Virus record (IMG/VR): IMGVR_UViG_3300032320_002841
Location: 1-49,258 of that record
Source of the DNA: a virus
Lineage: Duplodnaviria > Caudoviricetes
Reading direction: 5' to 3' (one strand)
DNA length: 49,258 nt
The position numbers and the translations under genes were made by a program. This document shows, piece after piece, positions 38,426 to 47,451 of the stretch. The notes under the pieces are model-generated. The model had not been told where the DNA came from, did no database searches, and saw nothing but the letters and a program-made list of their open reading frames with translations. Position 1 is the first letter of the stretch, and each line of letters opens with the position of its first letter.

Positions 38426-39892
38426 TTAATCTGGTGTTACGGGACCATCGATTGTATTATCAGGATTGTATCCTATTTGAGTTACTATATCTGTTATATC
38501 TTGATCTGTAGGCGAGTCGTTACCTTGATCACTTGTTCCTGTTTGTCCTTGTTTATCAATATAAAATTGTCCTTCTTTAATCAAGACTTGATCATCTGTA
38601 GCATAAGTACCTTTACCTTCATATTGAATAACACCCCTTTGATCAGCTACTATTACTCTTCTTCTTAATAAAGAAATACCTTCATCAACTACTTCTTCTT
38701 TAATTATATCAATTGTATATCCATTGTATACTGAAGGTAATACTGCATTTCCGTATTGTGCTGTAGGGAATAATTCGTCTAATGTAGCTAAGCTATTATT
38801 TAATGAATCTATACTTCCTTGTACAGCATCTAATAAACCCGCATCTCCAGAAGTATAACTACAATCTCTTAAATTTTTATATAAAATATTAAGACCTGTT
38901 AATAATCTAAGAATTTCTTTTCTAATTCTACCTATCTCTAATAACACTACTCCAGATAAAAAACCAGATATAGTATCAACTAATTTTTCCAAATCATTAA
39001 TAAAAACAGTAGATGTTGAGAGAGTATCTGCTTGAGAATTAGTAGAAGCATTAGTTTGTGAAACTACAGGTGATCCTCCTCCTCCTACTGCTAATGGTGT
39101 ATTTAAACGTTTTAAAACTTTCTTTATAAATTTATAAACTTTAATTAGTACATTAATAATTTTTAAAATACTATTCATAAGTTTAACTATTTTTTGAATT
39201 TGAACAATTGCTCTATCAATTGTTTGAACTTGCTTAACTAAAAATCTAACACTTTCTTTAAATCTTTGTGGTTGAATTATACCTGCTAGTTTTTTATTTA
39301 ATTCATCAGCATTTTTAGATATAATATTATTTGCAATATTAATAGGACTCATAAATGGAACTAATTTCCTCGCAAACGATTTTAATAAAGTAACTTTAGT
39401 AATAATTAATTGAGTAGGATCTGCTGCTGCTCCAATTGTATCACTAGTAGCAACTAATGCTAAATTTATTTGTTGAATAGTTTTTACTATACCACCCCCA
39501 CCAGGAATTATATCAACTAAATCATCAGGAGGTACTATATCCTCTAAAGCTAATCTAATTTCTTCAAGTGATGATTGATATGATAATAATCTTGCTTTAT
39601 ATTCTTCTTCAGTTTCGCCTGGTAGTTTATCTGGAGTTAGTTTATCTTCAATATCATTGACAAATTTTGTAATGTCAGTTCCAAATTTTAAAAGTTTAGT
39701 TTCTAAAAGACCACCAGGAGGCATAGCTTTAGTTAAAATATAACCTAAGGGATTACAAAAATCAATAGAATTTATTTCCCTTAACACACTATTAATCTTG
39801 AATAAAACGTCTAATATCTTTTCAGTACCATCGTTTATTTTTTCAGGTGCAATTTCGGTTAATATTCTAGATAAGCCAGCAGGTATTCTCAT
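38426..39892 (-). CDS. Long helical protein in baseplate cluster
   Basis: 488 aa of extended amphipathic helices; function unknown. Confidence 0.55.
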   Translation of the reverse strand: MRIPAGLSRILTEIAPEKINDGTEKILDVLFKINSVLREINSIDFCNPLGYILTKAMPPGGLLETKLLKFGTDITKFVNDIEDKLTPDKLPGETEEEYKARLLSYQSSLEEIRLALEDIVPPDDLVDIIPGGGGIVKTIQQINLALVATSDTIGAAADPTQLIITKVTLLKSFARKLVPFMSPINIANNIISKNADELNKKLAGIIQPQRFKESVRFLVKQVQTIDRAIVQIQKIVKLMNSILKIINVLIKVYKFIKKVLKRLNTPLAVGGGGSPVVSQTNASTNSQADTLSTSTVFINDLEKLVDTISGFLSGVVLLEIGRIRKEILRLLTGLNILYKNLRDCSYTSGDAGLLDAVQGSIDSLNNSLATLDELFPTAQYGNAVLPSVYNGYTIDIIKEEVVDEGISLLRRRVIVADQRGVIQYEGKGTYATDDQVLIKEGQFYIDKQGQTGTSDQGNDSPTDQDITDIVTQIGYNPDNTIDGPVTPD

Positions 39893-40320
39893 TATAATGT
39901 ATAAGTTTTATTAGATTTAATACCTTTAATTTGTGTTTTAAGTCTTGTAACAGATTTTATTAAACTTTTTCCTGCGGTTCTTACTACAGGAATACCTATC
40001 CCATTACTATCTTTAGCTTTAGAGAGTTTTTGACCTAAATTATTTAAGTCATCTAATATATCAATTAATAAATTTTCTAAATTATCACCTTTAATTGCAG
40101 GTTGTGGTTTAGCTGTATCTGTTTCTAGACCTAAATAAATTTTTTTGGCATTAACCACCATATCTCCATCGGCATCAAAATTAATTGTACCTGCAGAAGA
40201 AAAACCAATTGCTTGTTTAGCAAATAAAAATACAGAATCATCCTTAGAGTTAAGAGTAACTCTTCCAGAATTAATTATTATTTGGTCTCCTAAATAAGGA
40301 AAATCAGGTGTATAAGCCAT
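39892..40320 (-). CDS. Baseplate spike/gp5 C-terminal-like protein
   Basis: QIIINSGRVTLNSK beta repeats, KIYLG...QPAIKGD. Confidence 0.6.
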   Translation of the reverse strand: MAYTPDFPYLGDQIIINSGRVTLNSKDDSVFLFAKQAIGFSSAGTINFDADGDMVVNAKKIYLGLETDTAKPQPAIKGDNLENLLIDILDDLNNLGQKLSKAKDSNGIGIPVVRTAGKSLIKSVTRLKTQIKGIKSNKTYTL

Positions 40321-40322
40321 AA

Positions 40323-41696
40323 TTATTGAGTAAATGAATTACTTATTAAATCTATTTTATTAAAATTAGTATCCATATAATCTAATTTCATAATATAAGT
40401 TCCACTAGCTCCACTCATTACTATTATTTGTTTAGTTTGATTGGTATCTATTCCTGGTCCATATCCTTGATATTGTAATGGACGATCTAATTCAGTTGGG
40501 TATACAAACTCAGTTATACCTACACCTCTAGGATTAAATTCAGTTACAGTTTCTAATTTTATAACAACATATTTACCATTTTTCTTTAAAATGTTAAAAT
40601 AATTACTATTACTACCTACCATTGAAGTTGAATCAGTATCTAATATTCTTAAAGAAGCAATTGGAATTGGTTGTGTTGTACTTCCTGTAGGTTCAGGTGC
40701 ACTAGAAGTTACTGCTAAACTAGCTGTAGGTGGTGGTGCTATAGGAGTTACTGAAGAAGTAGCAGCTAAAGATGATGTAATTAAAGATGATGTTACAGGT
40801 GCTATCTGAGTAATAGATTCTGTTACATAATATAATGGTTCTGGTTGTTTTAGATTATCTGCTTCTTTAGGTGACTGATCAGGAGTAGTAAATCTTGGGT
40901 CAGGTATTTGAAGTGAACTATTAAATCCTGCTCCTAATGTAACATTAAATGATTTTAAATTTTTAGAAGCATATTCTAAAGGTATATCTTGCCCAGCACA
41001 TAAATAAATAGATGAACCATCATTATTAGGATCTTCATAAACAGGAACCCATGGATCAGAATTAATATCTATATTAGATTGATTATTTCTAATAATAGTA
41101 ATAGGCATTCCAGCAGTACCTTGTGAACTCCAAGGATTATTTATTGTTTTTTGTTTAGTAGTAGAAGAAAAACGAATTGAATTACCAAATCTTCCTTCAA
41201 TTAAAATATCTCCTTCTTCAGGTAATAAACTGCGTATATCTTCTTTTTCAGTAAATGTATGACCAAAATTTAAAGCCCCACCATTATATGACTTAATATC
41301 AGGAAAAGCATTATGTTGAACACTATTCCATAATCCTACTGTAGTTAGATAATAAAAGGTTTTAGCTTGTGGATCATCATTTAATCCATATGAAGGAGCA
41401 TTTAATACCATTACTATTTCCTCTAAAACAGGATATTTAGAAATGTTATTAAATAAAGGTTTTGCTATTAAATTTGAAGGATTATCTTCATCTACTATAG
41501 TTCCTAATGGAGTAAATTTTACTGAACCTAATCCAGCCCAACCACCACCATCAATAAAAAAATTCTTTGTCTTAGTTTGAGGAGATAATAAAATATCATT
41601 AACACGAGCAAAGAAAAATAGACTTTTACCTCCATTTCCTTTACCTGATGTTATGTTAGATATACTCTGCTGTAAACTAGGATATAAACTACTCAT
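40323..41696 (-). CDS. Baseplate hub (gp5/Vgr OB-fold-like) with S/T/P linker and variable C-terminus
   Basis: YPVLEEIV...YYL, PEEGDILIEGRFGNSIRF; low-complexity linker; no lysozyme motif recognised. Confidence 0.65.
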   Translation of the reverse strand: MSSLYPSLQQSISNITSGKGNGGKSLFFFARVNDILLSPQTKTKNFFIDGGGWAGLGSVKFTPLGTIVDEDNPSNLIAKPLFNNISKYPVLEEIVMVLNAPSYGLNDDPQAKTFYYLTTVGLWNSVQHNAFPDIKSYNGGALNFGHTFTEKEDIRSLLPEEGDILIEGRFGNSIRFSSTTKQKTINNPWSSQGTAGMPITIIRNNQSNIDINSDPWVPVYEDPNNDGSSIYLCAGQDIPLEYASKNLKSFNVTLGAGFNSSLQIPDPRFTTPDQSPKEADNLKQPEPLYYVTESITQIAPVTSSLITSSLAATSSVTPIAPPPTASLAVTSSAPEPTGSTTQPIPIASLRILDTDSTSMVGSNSNYFNILKKNGKYVVIKLETVTEFNPRGVGITEFVYPTELDRPLQYQGYGPGIDTNQTKQIIVMSGASGTYIMKLDYMDTNFNKIDLISNSFTQ

Positions 41697-42063
41697 TTAC
41701 ATTTAACTTTCTAATAGGAATTTCTTCTTCAGATTTAGTATTTAATTGCTGGATTGACTCAAATAACATTTCTTTTTCAGCATCTGAAATTAACATACTA
41801 TCTTCACCTGCTGAAGAATTCATAGCTCGTTGTACTATACCAGCCATTTTAATTAGAAGATCATCATTTTTAACTGATACATCTAAGTAATCTTTAATTA
41901 GAGGAACAATTATAACAGCATCACCTGCTGAAGTAATAAAAGGTTTTAAACCTTCTATTAATCCTCTAATTTCTTTTTCTTTATTAGAAGAATTAGTGTG
42001 TATTTCTTTAAGTAGATCGGCAAATGTTTTTTTACCAAAAAGAGTTATACTATTAAAATCCAT
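41689..42063 (-). CDS. Helical hypothetical protein (weak candidate for small terminase subunit)
   Basis: 124 aa, three predicted helices; first gene after a late motif. The TerS idea is inference only. Confidence 0.4.
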   Translation of the reverse strand: MDFNSITLFGKKTFADLLKEIHTNSSNKEKEIRGLIEGLKPFITSAGDAVIIVPLIKDYLDVSVKNDDLLIKMAGIVQRAMNSSAGEDSMLISDAEKEMLFESIQQLNTKSEEEIPIRKLNVNE

Positions 42064-42076
42064 AATATATTTTTGT

Positions 42077-42085
42077 TATAAATAT
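42077..42085 (-). promoter_or_regulatory. Putative late promoter ATATTTATA
   Basis: Intergenic, directly downstream of the sigma gene and 13 nt upstream of ATG 42063. Confidence 0.6.
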
Positions 42086-42102
42086 AACTTCTATTAACTT
42101 TT

Positions 42103-42903
42103 TTAATAATTTAAACTAACAAAACCATAATCTAGATATTGATTTAATAATCGTCTATATACCTTTTCTAATTTTTTCATCACCTTAGTTATCTGAGGGG
42201 TATCTTGATCGGTTTGTTCTCTAATATAGATATAAATTCCTTTCTTATTAAAAATATCTAAACTTTCTCTATGTCTAAATAATTGCATTACGGCGTCAGC
42301 TGTTTTAGCATCTTCATGTTCAGGAAAAATTTTAAATAAATAAAGATCCATATATTGAATAAATTTATCCATAAAATAAGTTTCACCCATTAAAGGTTCA
42401 TCTAGACCCTCTGAATTATTTACTATATTTAAAACAATAGTTTTATCTTCATCTATAGCTTCCACGTCGGCTTTACCCTTTAGCTTTTCATAATTTTTAT
42501 TATTATAAAGAATTAGATAACGTTTAGCAATCGTGCCAAAATACGAGAAAGCTTTACCTTTCGATTGATTATATAAATGTAGTTTTTCTAGCAAGAAAGC
42601 CGTTACTTCATGTTGAAGTTCAGCTATGGTCTCTACCTCTGTATAATAAAATTTGAAAGTATGAATAATGTTTTCTGTTAATTTATGAAAACCATAATCT
42701 ATACGTTCATTATAAATTCTATTTCTCTTTACAGGGTCAGTTTCAGCTAAATATTCGATAATAGCATCCTCAGTATCCTGAGTGAAGTACATTTTTTTAG
42801 TTTTAGGTTTTCTTTTACGAACTGTTCCCTTTTTTGTATATTGTACTTCTGTTTCTTCTTGGGGAACGTGAAGAATTTTAATTTCGGAATTTAATACCTC
42901 CAT
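42103..42903 (-). CDS. Phage sigma factor (T4 gp55-like late sigma)
   Basis: Region-2-like LHLYNQSKGKAFSYFGTIAKRYLI and KLTENIIHTFKF. Confidence 0.75.
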   Translation of the reverse strand: MEVLNSEIKILHVPQEETEVQYTKKGTVRKRKPKTKKMYFTQDTEDAIIEYLAETDPVKRNRIYNERIDYGFHKLTENIIHTFKFYYTEVETIAELQHEVTAFLLEKLHLYNQSKGKAFSYFGTIAKRYLILYNNKNYEKLKGKADVEAIDEDKTIVLNIVNNSEGLDEPLMGETYFMDKFIQYMDLYLFKIFPEHEDAKTADAVMQLFRHRESLDIFNKKGIYIYIREQTDQDTPQITKVMKKLEKVYRRLLNQYLDYGFVSLNY

Positions 42904-42904
42904 A

Positions 42905-43183
42905 TTATTTGATGAATTTAATGTAATCCGAAAGTGCTTCTTGGATTGTTTTTAAGTTAGTAAAGAAAAAACCTACTTCATCATCTGATTGAAATAATTG
43001 TTTATTGTCAATTTCTTTAATTTTATCTTCTGATGTTTTTACTAAATCATAAAAGTCAAGAATATATTTTTCTTGAACATTTATAGTATTTTCTAATTTT
43101 TCTACTTTTCTAAGTAGATTCCAAATAATGTATCCTATAACTCCTAGAATAATTACTCCAATATTAATTAGTATTAATGTCAT
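42905..43183 (-). CDS. Single-pass membrane protein with coiled coil
   Basis: N-terminal TM ILINIGVIILGVIGYIIW followed by a heptad region. Confidence 0.6.
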   Translation of the reverse strand: MTLILINIGVIILGVIGYIIWNLLRKVEKLENTINVQEKYILDFYDLVKTSEDKIKEIDNKQLFQSDDEVGFFFTNLKTIQEALSDYIKFIK

Positions 43184-43184
43184 A

Positions 43185-43940
43185 TTATATATTATTTAAT
43201 AGATTTGCAAACGGTGCGTCTGGGTTAGATAATTTAGGTGTTTTAACTGAAAATTTATTAGGAGTTTTAATTTCTACCTTTTTATCTTGTTTAAATTTAG
43301 GTAACCATTCTTTTTCAAATTCAATACGAGCAGCCATCATATCAGCCTGATGTAATATTAATGGTAAAGCTGTACGTGGTTTTTGTTCGGGCATATAAGT
43401 CATAAGATATTTCTTATTTCCTTCATCATATAAACCATCATGTGTCTGAATAGCAACCATTTCATTAAATGAATACTGAATACCATGTGACATAAGTAAA
43501 AATAGAGAACGATCGGGAACTGAGGCAAATGCTAATTTAGTATTAAACATATAATCTTCTCCTAATTTATCTTTTCTCCATTGATCAGTCTGAGGAATAT
43601 ATGCTTCATGTTGATCGTCTCCCATTTTACCTAAATCGTGATTTAAAGCAGAAAATACTAATTCCTCTTTAGTATATGTAGAAACATCAGCACCCATTTC
43701 TTCCCAGACATTATGTAATTTGAGGGAACAATCAATTACACGTAAAACATGATCAACATACCCTCCAGGAAAAGCATTATGATATTCCTTCTTATGTGCT
43801 GCAGGCATCATAATGATACGTTCTTGATATTTATGGTAAAAATCTAATAATTGAGAACGTCGAGGTTCCTCAATAAATACTTTAATAGTTTCTTCTAGAT
43901 CAATCCAATTATTTTGAATTTCTTGTGCGTTTAATTGCAT
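43185..43940 (-). CDS. HD-domain phosphohydrolase (YhaM-like)
   Basis: HNAFPGGYVDHV, NHDLGKMG, THDG, LHQAD. Confidence 0.85.
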   Translation of the reverse strand: MQLNAQEIQNNWIDLEETIKVFIEEPRRSQLLDFYHKYQERIIMMPAAHKKEYHNAFPGGYVDHVLRVIDCSLKLHNVWEEMGADVSTYTKEELVFSALNHDLGKMGDDQHEAYIPQTDQWRKDKLGEDYMFNTKLAFASVPDRSLFLLMSHGIQYSFNEMVAIQTHDGLYDEGNKKYLMTYMPEQKPRTALPLILHQADMMAARIEFEKEWLPKFKQDKKVEIKTPNKFSVKTPKLSNPDAPFANLLNNI

Positions 43941-43945
43941 AACTT

Positions 43946-44245
43946 TTATTTGTTAAATGTGTTAAAAATTTCATCTATTAATTCATAGATGTTACTATAT
44001 GTTCTAATAGTAGTGGAAGTTAATAACTCTGTTTCAGGTAGCCAAGTAATTTGTGTAGGTTCTTTTAATAAAACCATAGGATATGAAGTACATTTAAATG
44101 TTTCCTCTAAAGTATCTCCTAATTTATCATTGGTTGAAATATCAATATTGGTGTAAGGTATATTTAAGGTATCTAACCCCTCCCTTAATTGTTTACAATG
44201 TCCACATCCACCCAACGTAAACATTACCATTTCCCATTTTCTCAT
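43946..44245 (-). CDS. Glutaredoxin-like protein
   Basis: CGHC active site and SYP cis-Pro motif. Confidence 0.8.
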   Translation of the reverse strand: MRKWEMVMFTLGGCGHCKQLREGLDTLNIPYTNIDISTNDKLGDTLEETFKCTSYPMVLLKEPTQITWLPETELLTSTTIRTYSNIYELIDEIFNTFNK

Positions 44246-44282
44246 CTTTCTATCTTATCTATTTTTTTCTTTTCCCATACCC

Positions 44283-44314
44283 TAATTATACGGAATAAAT
44301 TTTTAATCTCCAAA
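44283..44314 (-). promoter_or_regulatory. Bacteroidota-type promoter
   Basis: TTTG-N20-TATAATTA upstream of the glutaredoxin/HD/sigma operon. Confidence 0.6.
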
Positions 44315-44352
44315 TCTTTTATATGAAGTTTATATGACTCTTTAGATGTCGA

Positions 44353-44361
44353 TATAAATAT
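44353..44361 (-). promoter_or_regulatory. Putative late promoter ATATTTATA
   Basis: Intergenic, upstream of the operon containing the late sigma. Confidence 0.45.
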
Positions 44362-44372
44362 ATAAAATCAAA

Positions 44373-44651
44373 TTATTCCTCAACTTCCTCTATAAAATCA
44401 TAACCCTCATCGAGTTGAGATAATTTATAATTAATATCCATGATTCTACCGTAAATTTTAGGAGATAATAAATGTTTATATTCACCAAAATTTTCTTCTA
44501 AATCTAAAAATAAATTATAGACCTCATCTCTAGAAAAATCTTCCCCTGAATTCATAATTTGTTCAATCATATCTAAAGATTGAACAATTATAGGTTCTAA
44601 CAGGGGAATTAATTGTTTGTCAAAATTATCTTCTTCTATTAATTTCATCAT
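44373..44651 (-). CDS. Acidic hypothetical protein
   Basis: About 23 D/E vs 7 K/R in 92 aa. Confidence 0.6.
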   Translation of the reverse strand: MMKLIEEDNFDKQLIPLLEPIIVQSLDMIEQIMNSGEDFSRDEVYNLFLDLEENFGEYKHLLSPKIYGRIMDINYKLSQLDEGYDFIEEVEE

Positions 44652-44838
44652 ATTCTTTTATAAAATAATAAACTACTATTGGGTGAAAAAATACAGTAAA
44701 TATTAAATCTTTTAAAGTAAGTTTCTCTACCCCATCACTACTAAATGAAACAGCCCAAAAAATAAAGGCTATTAGTAAGCCTACCTGCAAATACGCCATA
44801 CCAACCATCAGTATATACCATAAAATCACACTACTCAT
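44626..44838 (-). CDS. Small membrane protein
   Basis: Likely start MSSVILWY at 44838; hydrophobic segments. Confidence 0.55.
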   Translation of the reverse strand: MSSVILWYILMVGMAYLQVGLLIAFIFWAVSFSSDGVEKLTLKDLIFTVFFHPIVVYYFIKEYDEINRRR

Positions 44839-45460
44839 AATAAATTCCTTCATTAACTTTAAACATTTCACCAAAATTCTCAATAGTTTGAATGGCTTCT
44901 TCAAAAGAAATTTCAAAAAATTCCCTAGAGGAACCTTGAAACGAGTTCATACGTACAGTCTCCAAATTTTGATGTACAATTTGCTCTAAAGCATAACCAT
45001 CAGATACAGGTAAAGCCCAACGTAATTGCCATTCAGAAACTATTCCGGCACCATTAATTTGTTTTACCCTAGAGATAGGAGAAACAGCTTTACCTATTTT
45101 ACATATCCCGGGATAAGCCTCGTTAGTTAAAATATACACGTATTGGCCTTTAGTGGTTGAGTGGTGTAATTTAAGAGCTGACTCGTGCCGGTTCCCATAC
45201 ATATATGTCCAAATAGCTTGTTGAGATTCTTGATCTAATAATTCCTCCTTATGTTCGATAATAAAATCGAAAGAAATAAAATCTAGGAGTTTACCACGTG
45301 GGATCTTTTTATATTTAGTTTTCAATTCCTGGAAATTAGATTTCCAATAAGAAAATTGTGAATACTCGTTTAAAGAAGACTGGGTACTATCAGTATGGTA
45401 AAGTATAAGTTCACCGTGAGATTCCATTTCTAGGGCCTGAGAAATATTGATTATTTCCAT
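44831..45460 (-). CDS. T5orf172/MUG113 (GIY-YIG-like) domain protein
   Basis: YVYILTNEAYPGICKIG...RVKQIN...LEQIVH...REFF. Confidence 0.8.
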   Translation of the reverse strand: MEIINISQALEMESHGELILYHTDSTQSSLNEYSQFSYWKSNFQELKTKYKKIPRGKLLDFISFDFIIEHKEELLDQESQQAIWTYMYGNRHESALKLHHSTTKGQYVYILTNEAYPGICKIGKAVSPISRVKQINGAGIVSEWQLRWALPVSDGYALEQIVHQNLETVRMNSFQGSSREFFEISFEEAIQTIENFGEMFKVNEGIYYE

Positions 45461-45471
45461 GAGGAGAAAAA

Positions 45472-45711
45472 TTAAATTAAAATTGCTTTAACTACCTTAA
45501 CATCAGTACCATATTGGTGATTTTCGGGAGAAACTCTTTCGTGATTCCCGTAATACCATTGAGGATTAACATTTAAGGCTAAATCTATAACTAGAGGGGT
45601 ATTATCGGGAAATTCTATATCGTCATATCCTCCTTCATATCCCATAGTAACTACTCTTAAATCTTGGTCTTCTATTTGGGATAGTATTTTGATTAGTTCT
45701 TTTACGGTCAT
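45472..45711 (-). CDS. Hypothetical protein
   Basis: MTVKELIKILSQ...GYEGGYDD, a typical small phage ORF. Confidence 0.65.
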   Translation of the reverse strand: MTVKELIKILSQIEDQDLRVVTMGYEGGYDDIEFPDNTPLVIDLALNVNPQWYYGNHERVSPENHQYGTDVKVVKAILI

Positions 45712-45932
45712 AGTTTTTCTATTTCTTGTTGAACTTCTGAGTAAAATTTAACTTGTTTATTATTTACACCATATAGATTATGATGACTTCTTAATATTTC
45801 ATCAACTGTTATTAATGCACATTGTTTAGCTTCATTATGAGTATAAGATATTACTACAGTTGGATTATTATATATTGAATATGTTCTTAAATATTTCCTT
45901 ACTAATTCTATTGCTTTTTCTTTTGGTGTCAT
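45708..45932 (-). CDS. Hypothetical protein
   Basis: MTPKEKAIEL...AKQCALITVDEI...EVQQEIEKL; coupled to its neighbours. Confidence 0.65.
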   Translation of the reverse strand: MTPKEKAIELVRKYLRTYSIYNNPTVVISYTHNEAKQCALITVDEILRSHHNLYGVNNKQVKFYSEVQQEIEKL

Positions 45933-46306
45933 TTTTTATTCAATTTTGTTTCTAACCCATTTATAACATAAATTGCTGTCTTGTAGTTGGTTGCCAAGGG
46001 AATATTATATACGTTACAAATTCTAAGTAACATATGCACATCTACTTGATGCGGGTGAACATCTAAAGGATCAATAAAAAATATAACTCCATTAACCTCT
46101 CCATCTGCTATTAAAGAAGCAATTTGTGCATCACCTCCCAATGGTCCTGATTTCAAGCATTGTACCTTTAGTCCTGCATGTTCAATATGTTTACCTGTAG
46201 TACCTGTAGCAATTATTTCAACCCTACTAAAGAACTCTAGTCTTTTCATTATGAAAGCTACCATATCTGCTTTCTTACCATCGTGTGCTATTACTGCTAG
46301 TTTCAT
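45929..46306 (-). CDS. mgsA: Methylglyoxal synthase
   Basis: IAHDGKK, ATGTTG, SGPLGGDAQI, FFIDP, HQVD, RICNVYNIPLATN: all hallmark MgsA motifs. Confidence 0.92.
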   Translation of the reverse strand: MKLAVIAHDGKKADMVAFIMKRLEFFSRVEIIATGTTGKHIEHAGLKVQCLKSGPLGGDAQIASLIADGEVNGVIFFIDPLDVHPHQVDVHMLLRICNVYNIPLATNYKTAIYVINGLETKLNKK

Positions 46307-46308
46307 TT

Positions 46309-46497
46309 TTATCTGATTTTAAGAGTCCACACTCGTTTTAACCTTATACTGTTATCGTGTTTGAATCTACCTAAGTATTTGTATACTGATAAATTTTTAC
46401 TCTCAACTACCCATTCATTATCTTCAAGGCGGTGATTATTTTCAATTGTGATTGTATAGCCAATAAATCTAACTAGTTTGTAATATAATTTTCTCAT
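46309..46497 (-). CDS. Hypothetical protein
   Basis: 62-aa ORF translationally coupled to the lipoprotein gene. Confidence 0.5.
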   Translation of the reverse strand: MRKLYYKLVRFIGYTITIENNHRLEDNEWVVESKNLSVYKYLGRFKHDNSIRLKRVWTLKIR

Positions 46498-47141
46498 TAG
46501 TTTTCAAATTTAACACGTAATGTATAATATTTTGTTTCACTGTGTGCTTCTCCCCATACTACTCTAATATGAATTGTAGCTTCTCTTCCTATAAATGACT
46601 GTAAAAATATCATACTACGTTGAGGAGTATAATTATATTTACTGTAAACTGAAAGTAATGTAGGAGAATATGGTTTATCAAATGATGTATGTGAAGTCAT
46701 TTCATACCCCACTACATTAGTAACTGAAGTGCTATTTAAAATTTGGGGTAAAGTTAATGTTTGAAATCCATATGGAATTGCGGTAGTTAAAGTATTATTG
46801 GAAGTTAATCCTAAAAATGAATATACAGGATAATTCCATTGAACATTTTCTGGGGTAAAGAAAAAATCTGAATCAAACCCTGTTTCAATTAATGGGGTAC
46901 CATTAACAATATTTTCTGAATTTAATTGATCTGCTATACCTTTAACAGTAAAGTAACTATATCCCGAATATTTGATGTGCCAAACTCCATCGGAATCCTG
47001 GTAAGAACCTGGGTTAACTTGAGTGTCAATTCTAAAAGCAGCATCACACGTTCCATCAACACAAACTGGGGTACTTTCTTCTGCAATAGAGCAAGAAACT
47101 AGTAATAAAAATAATCCTAACAGAAACAAAACCTTTTTCAT
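46497..47141 (-). CDS. Lipoprotein
   Basis: MKKVLFLLGLFLLLVS-C lipobox. Confidence 0.75.
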   Translation of the reverse strand: MKKVLFLLGLFLLLVSCSIAEESTPVCVDGTCDAAFRIDTQVNPGSYQDSDGVWHIKYSGYSYFTVKGIADQLNSENIVNGTPLIETGFDSDFFFTPENVQWNYPVYSFLGLTSNNTLTTAIPYGFQTLTLPQILNSTSVTNVVGYEMTSHTSFDKPYSPTLLSVYSKYNYTPQRSMIFLQSFIGREATIHIRVVWGEAHSETKYYTLRVKFEN

Positions 47142-47168
47142 AAATAATACATTTTAAATTAATATAGT

Positions 47169-47200
47169 GTAATATACGAAAAGAAAATTGGAAAACCAAG
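47169..47200 (-). promoter_or_regulatory. Bacteroidota-type promoter
   Basis: CTTG-N20-TATATTAC (TTCG precedes the -7 box). Confidence 0.65.
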
Positions 47201-47204
47201 CGTA

Positions 47205-47445
47205 TATGCAAGGGTTTTCCAAAAAAATTTTTTAAAAGAGGATTTTGCGAGTTTGTGGAATGTGGGTGAAATGGTTATTTCGAAATTGTGATATATGAGT
47301 ATATATGAGGGGGTGGGTGAAAGATCGTTTTCGATCTGGAGGGTATGGATCCCTTTCCCTATCCGCACCCGCCGCGCGTATGGACAGCAACGCCGCGTGG
47401 GCGGCGCGCTATAAGCCGCGCACGATCGCTATCGGCCCGAAATCA
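47205..47445. other. GC-rich structured non-coding island (candidate packaging/terminus or origin element)
   Basis: A7T6 tract, ATATATGAG x2, G-runs, hairpins AGATCG-TTTT-CGATCT and CGCCGC-GTGG-GCGGCG. Confidence 0.45.
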
Positions 47446-47451
47446 AACGAA

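Noticed and set aside
4148-38668. Plus-strand ORFs in the track (4148, 5315, 7056, 12230, 14235, 15308, 18205, 18742, 21365, 22504, 24813, 27099, 32794, 38477)
   Set aside because: All are short antisense shadows of well-supported minus-strand genes, with no motifs.
42905-43183. Holin or i-spanin
   Set aside because: TM plus coiled coil is compatible, but no endolysin or adjacent o-spanin was recognised.
1402-44361. TATAAATA read as canonical T4 late promoters on the + strand
   Set aside because: They would point away from every adjacent gene; the coding-strand reading ATATTTATA is more coherent.
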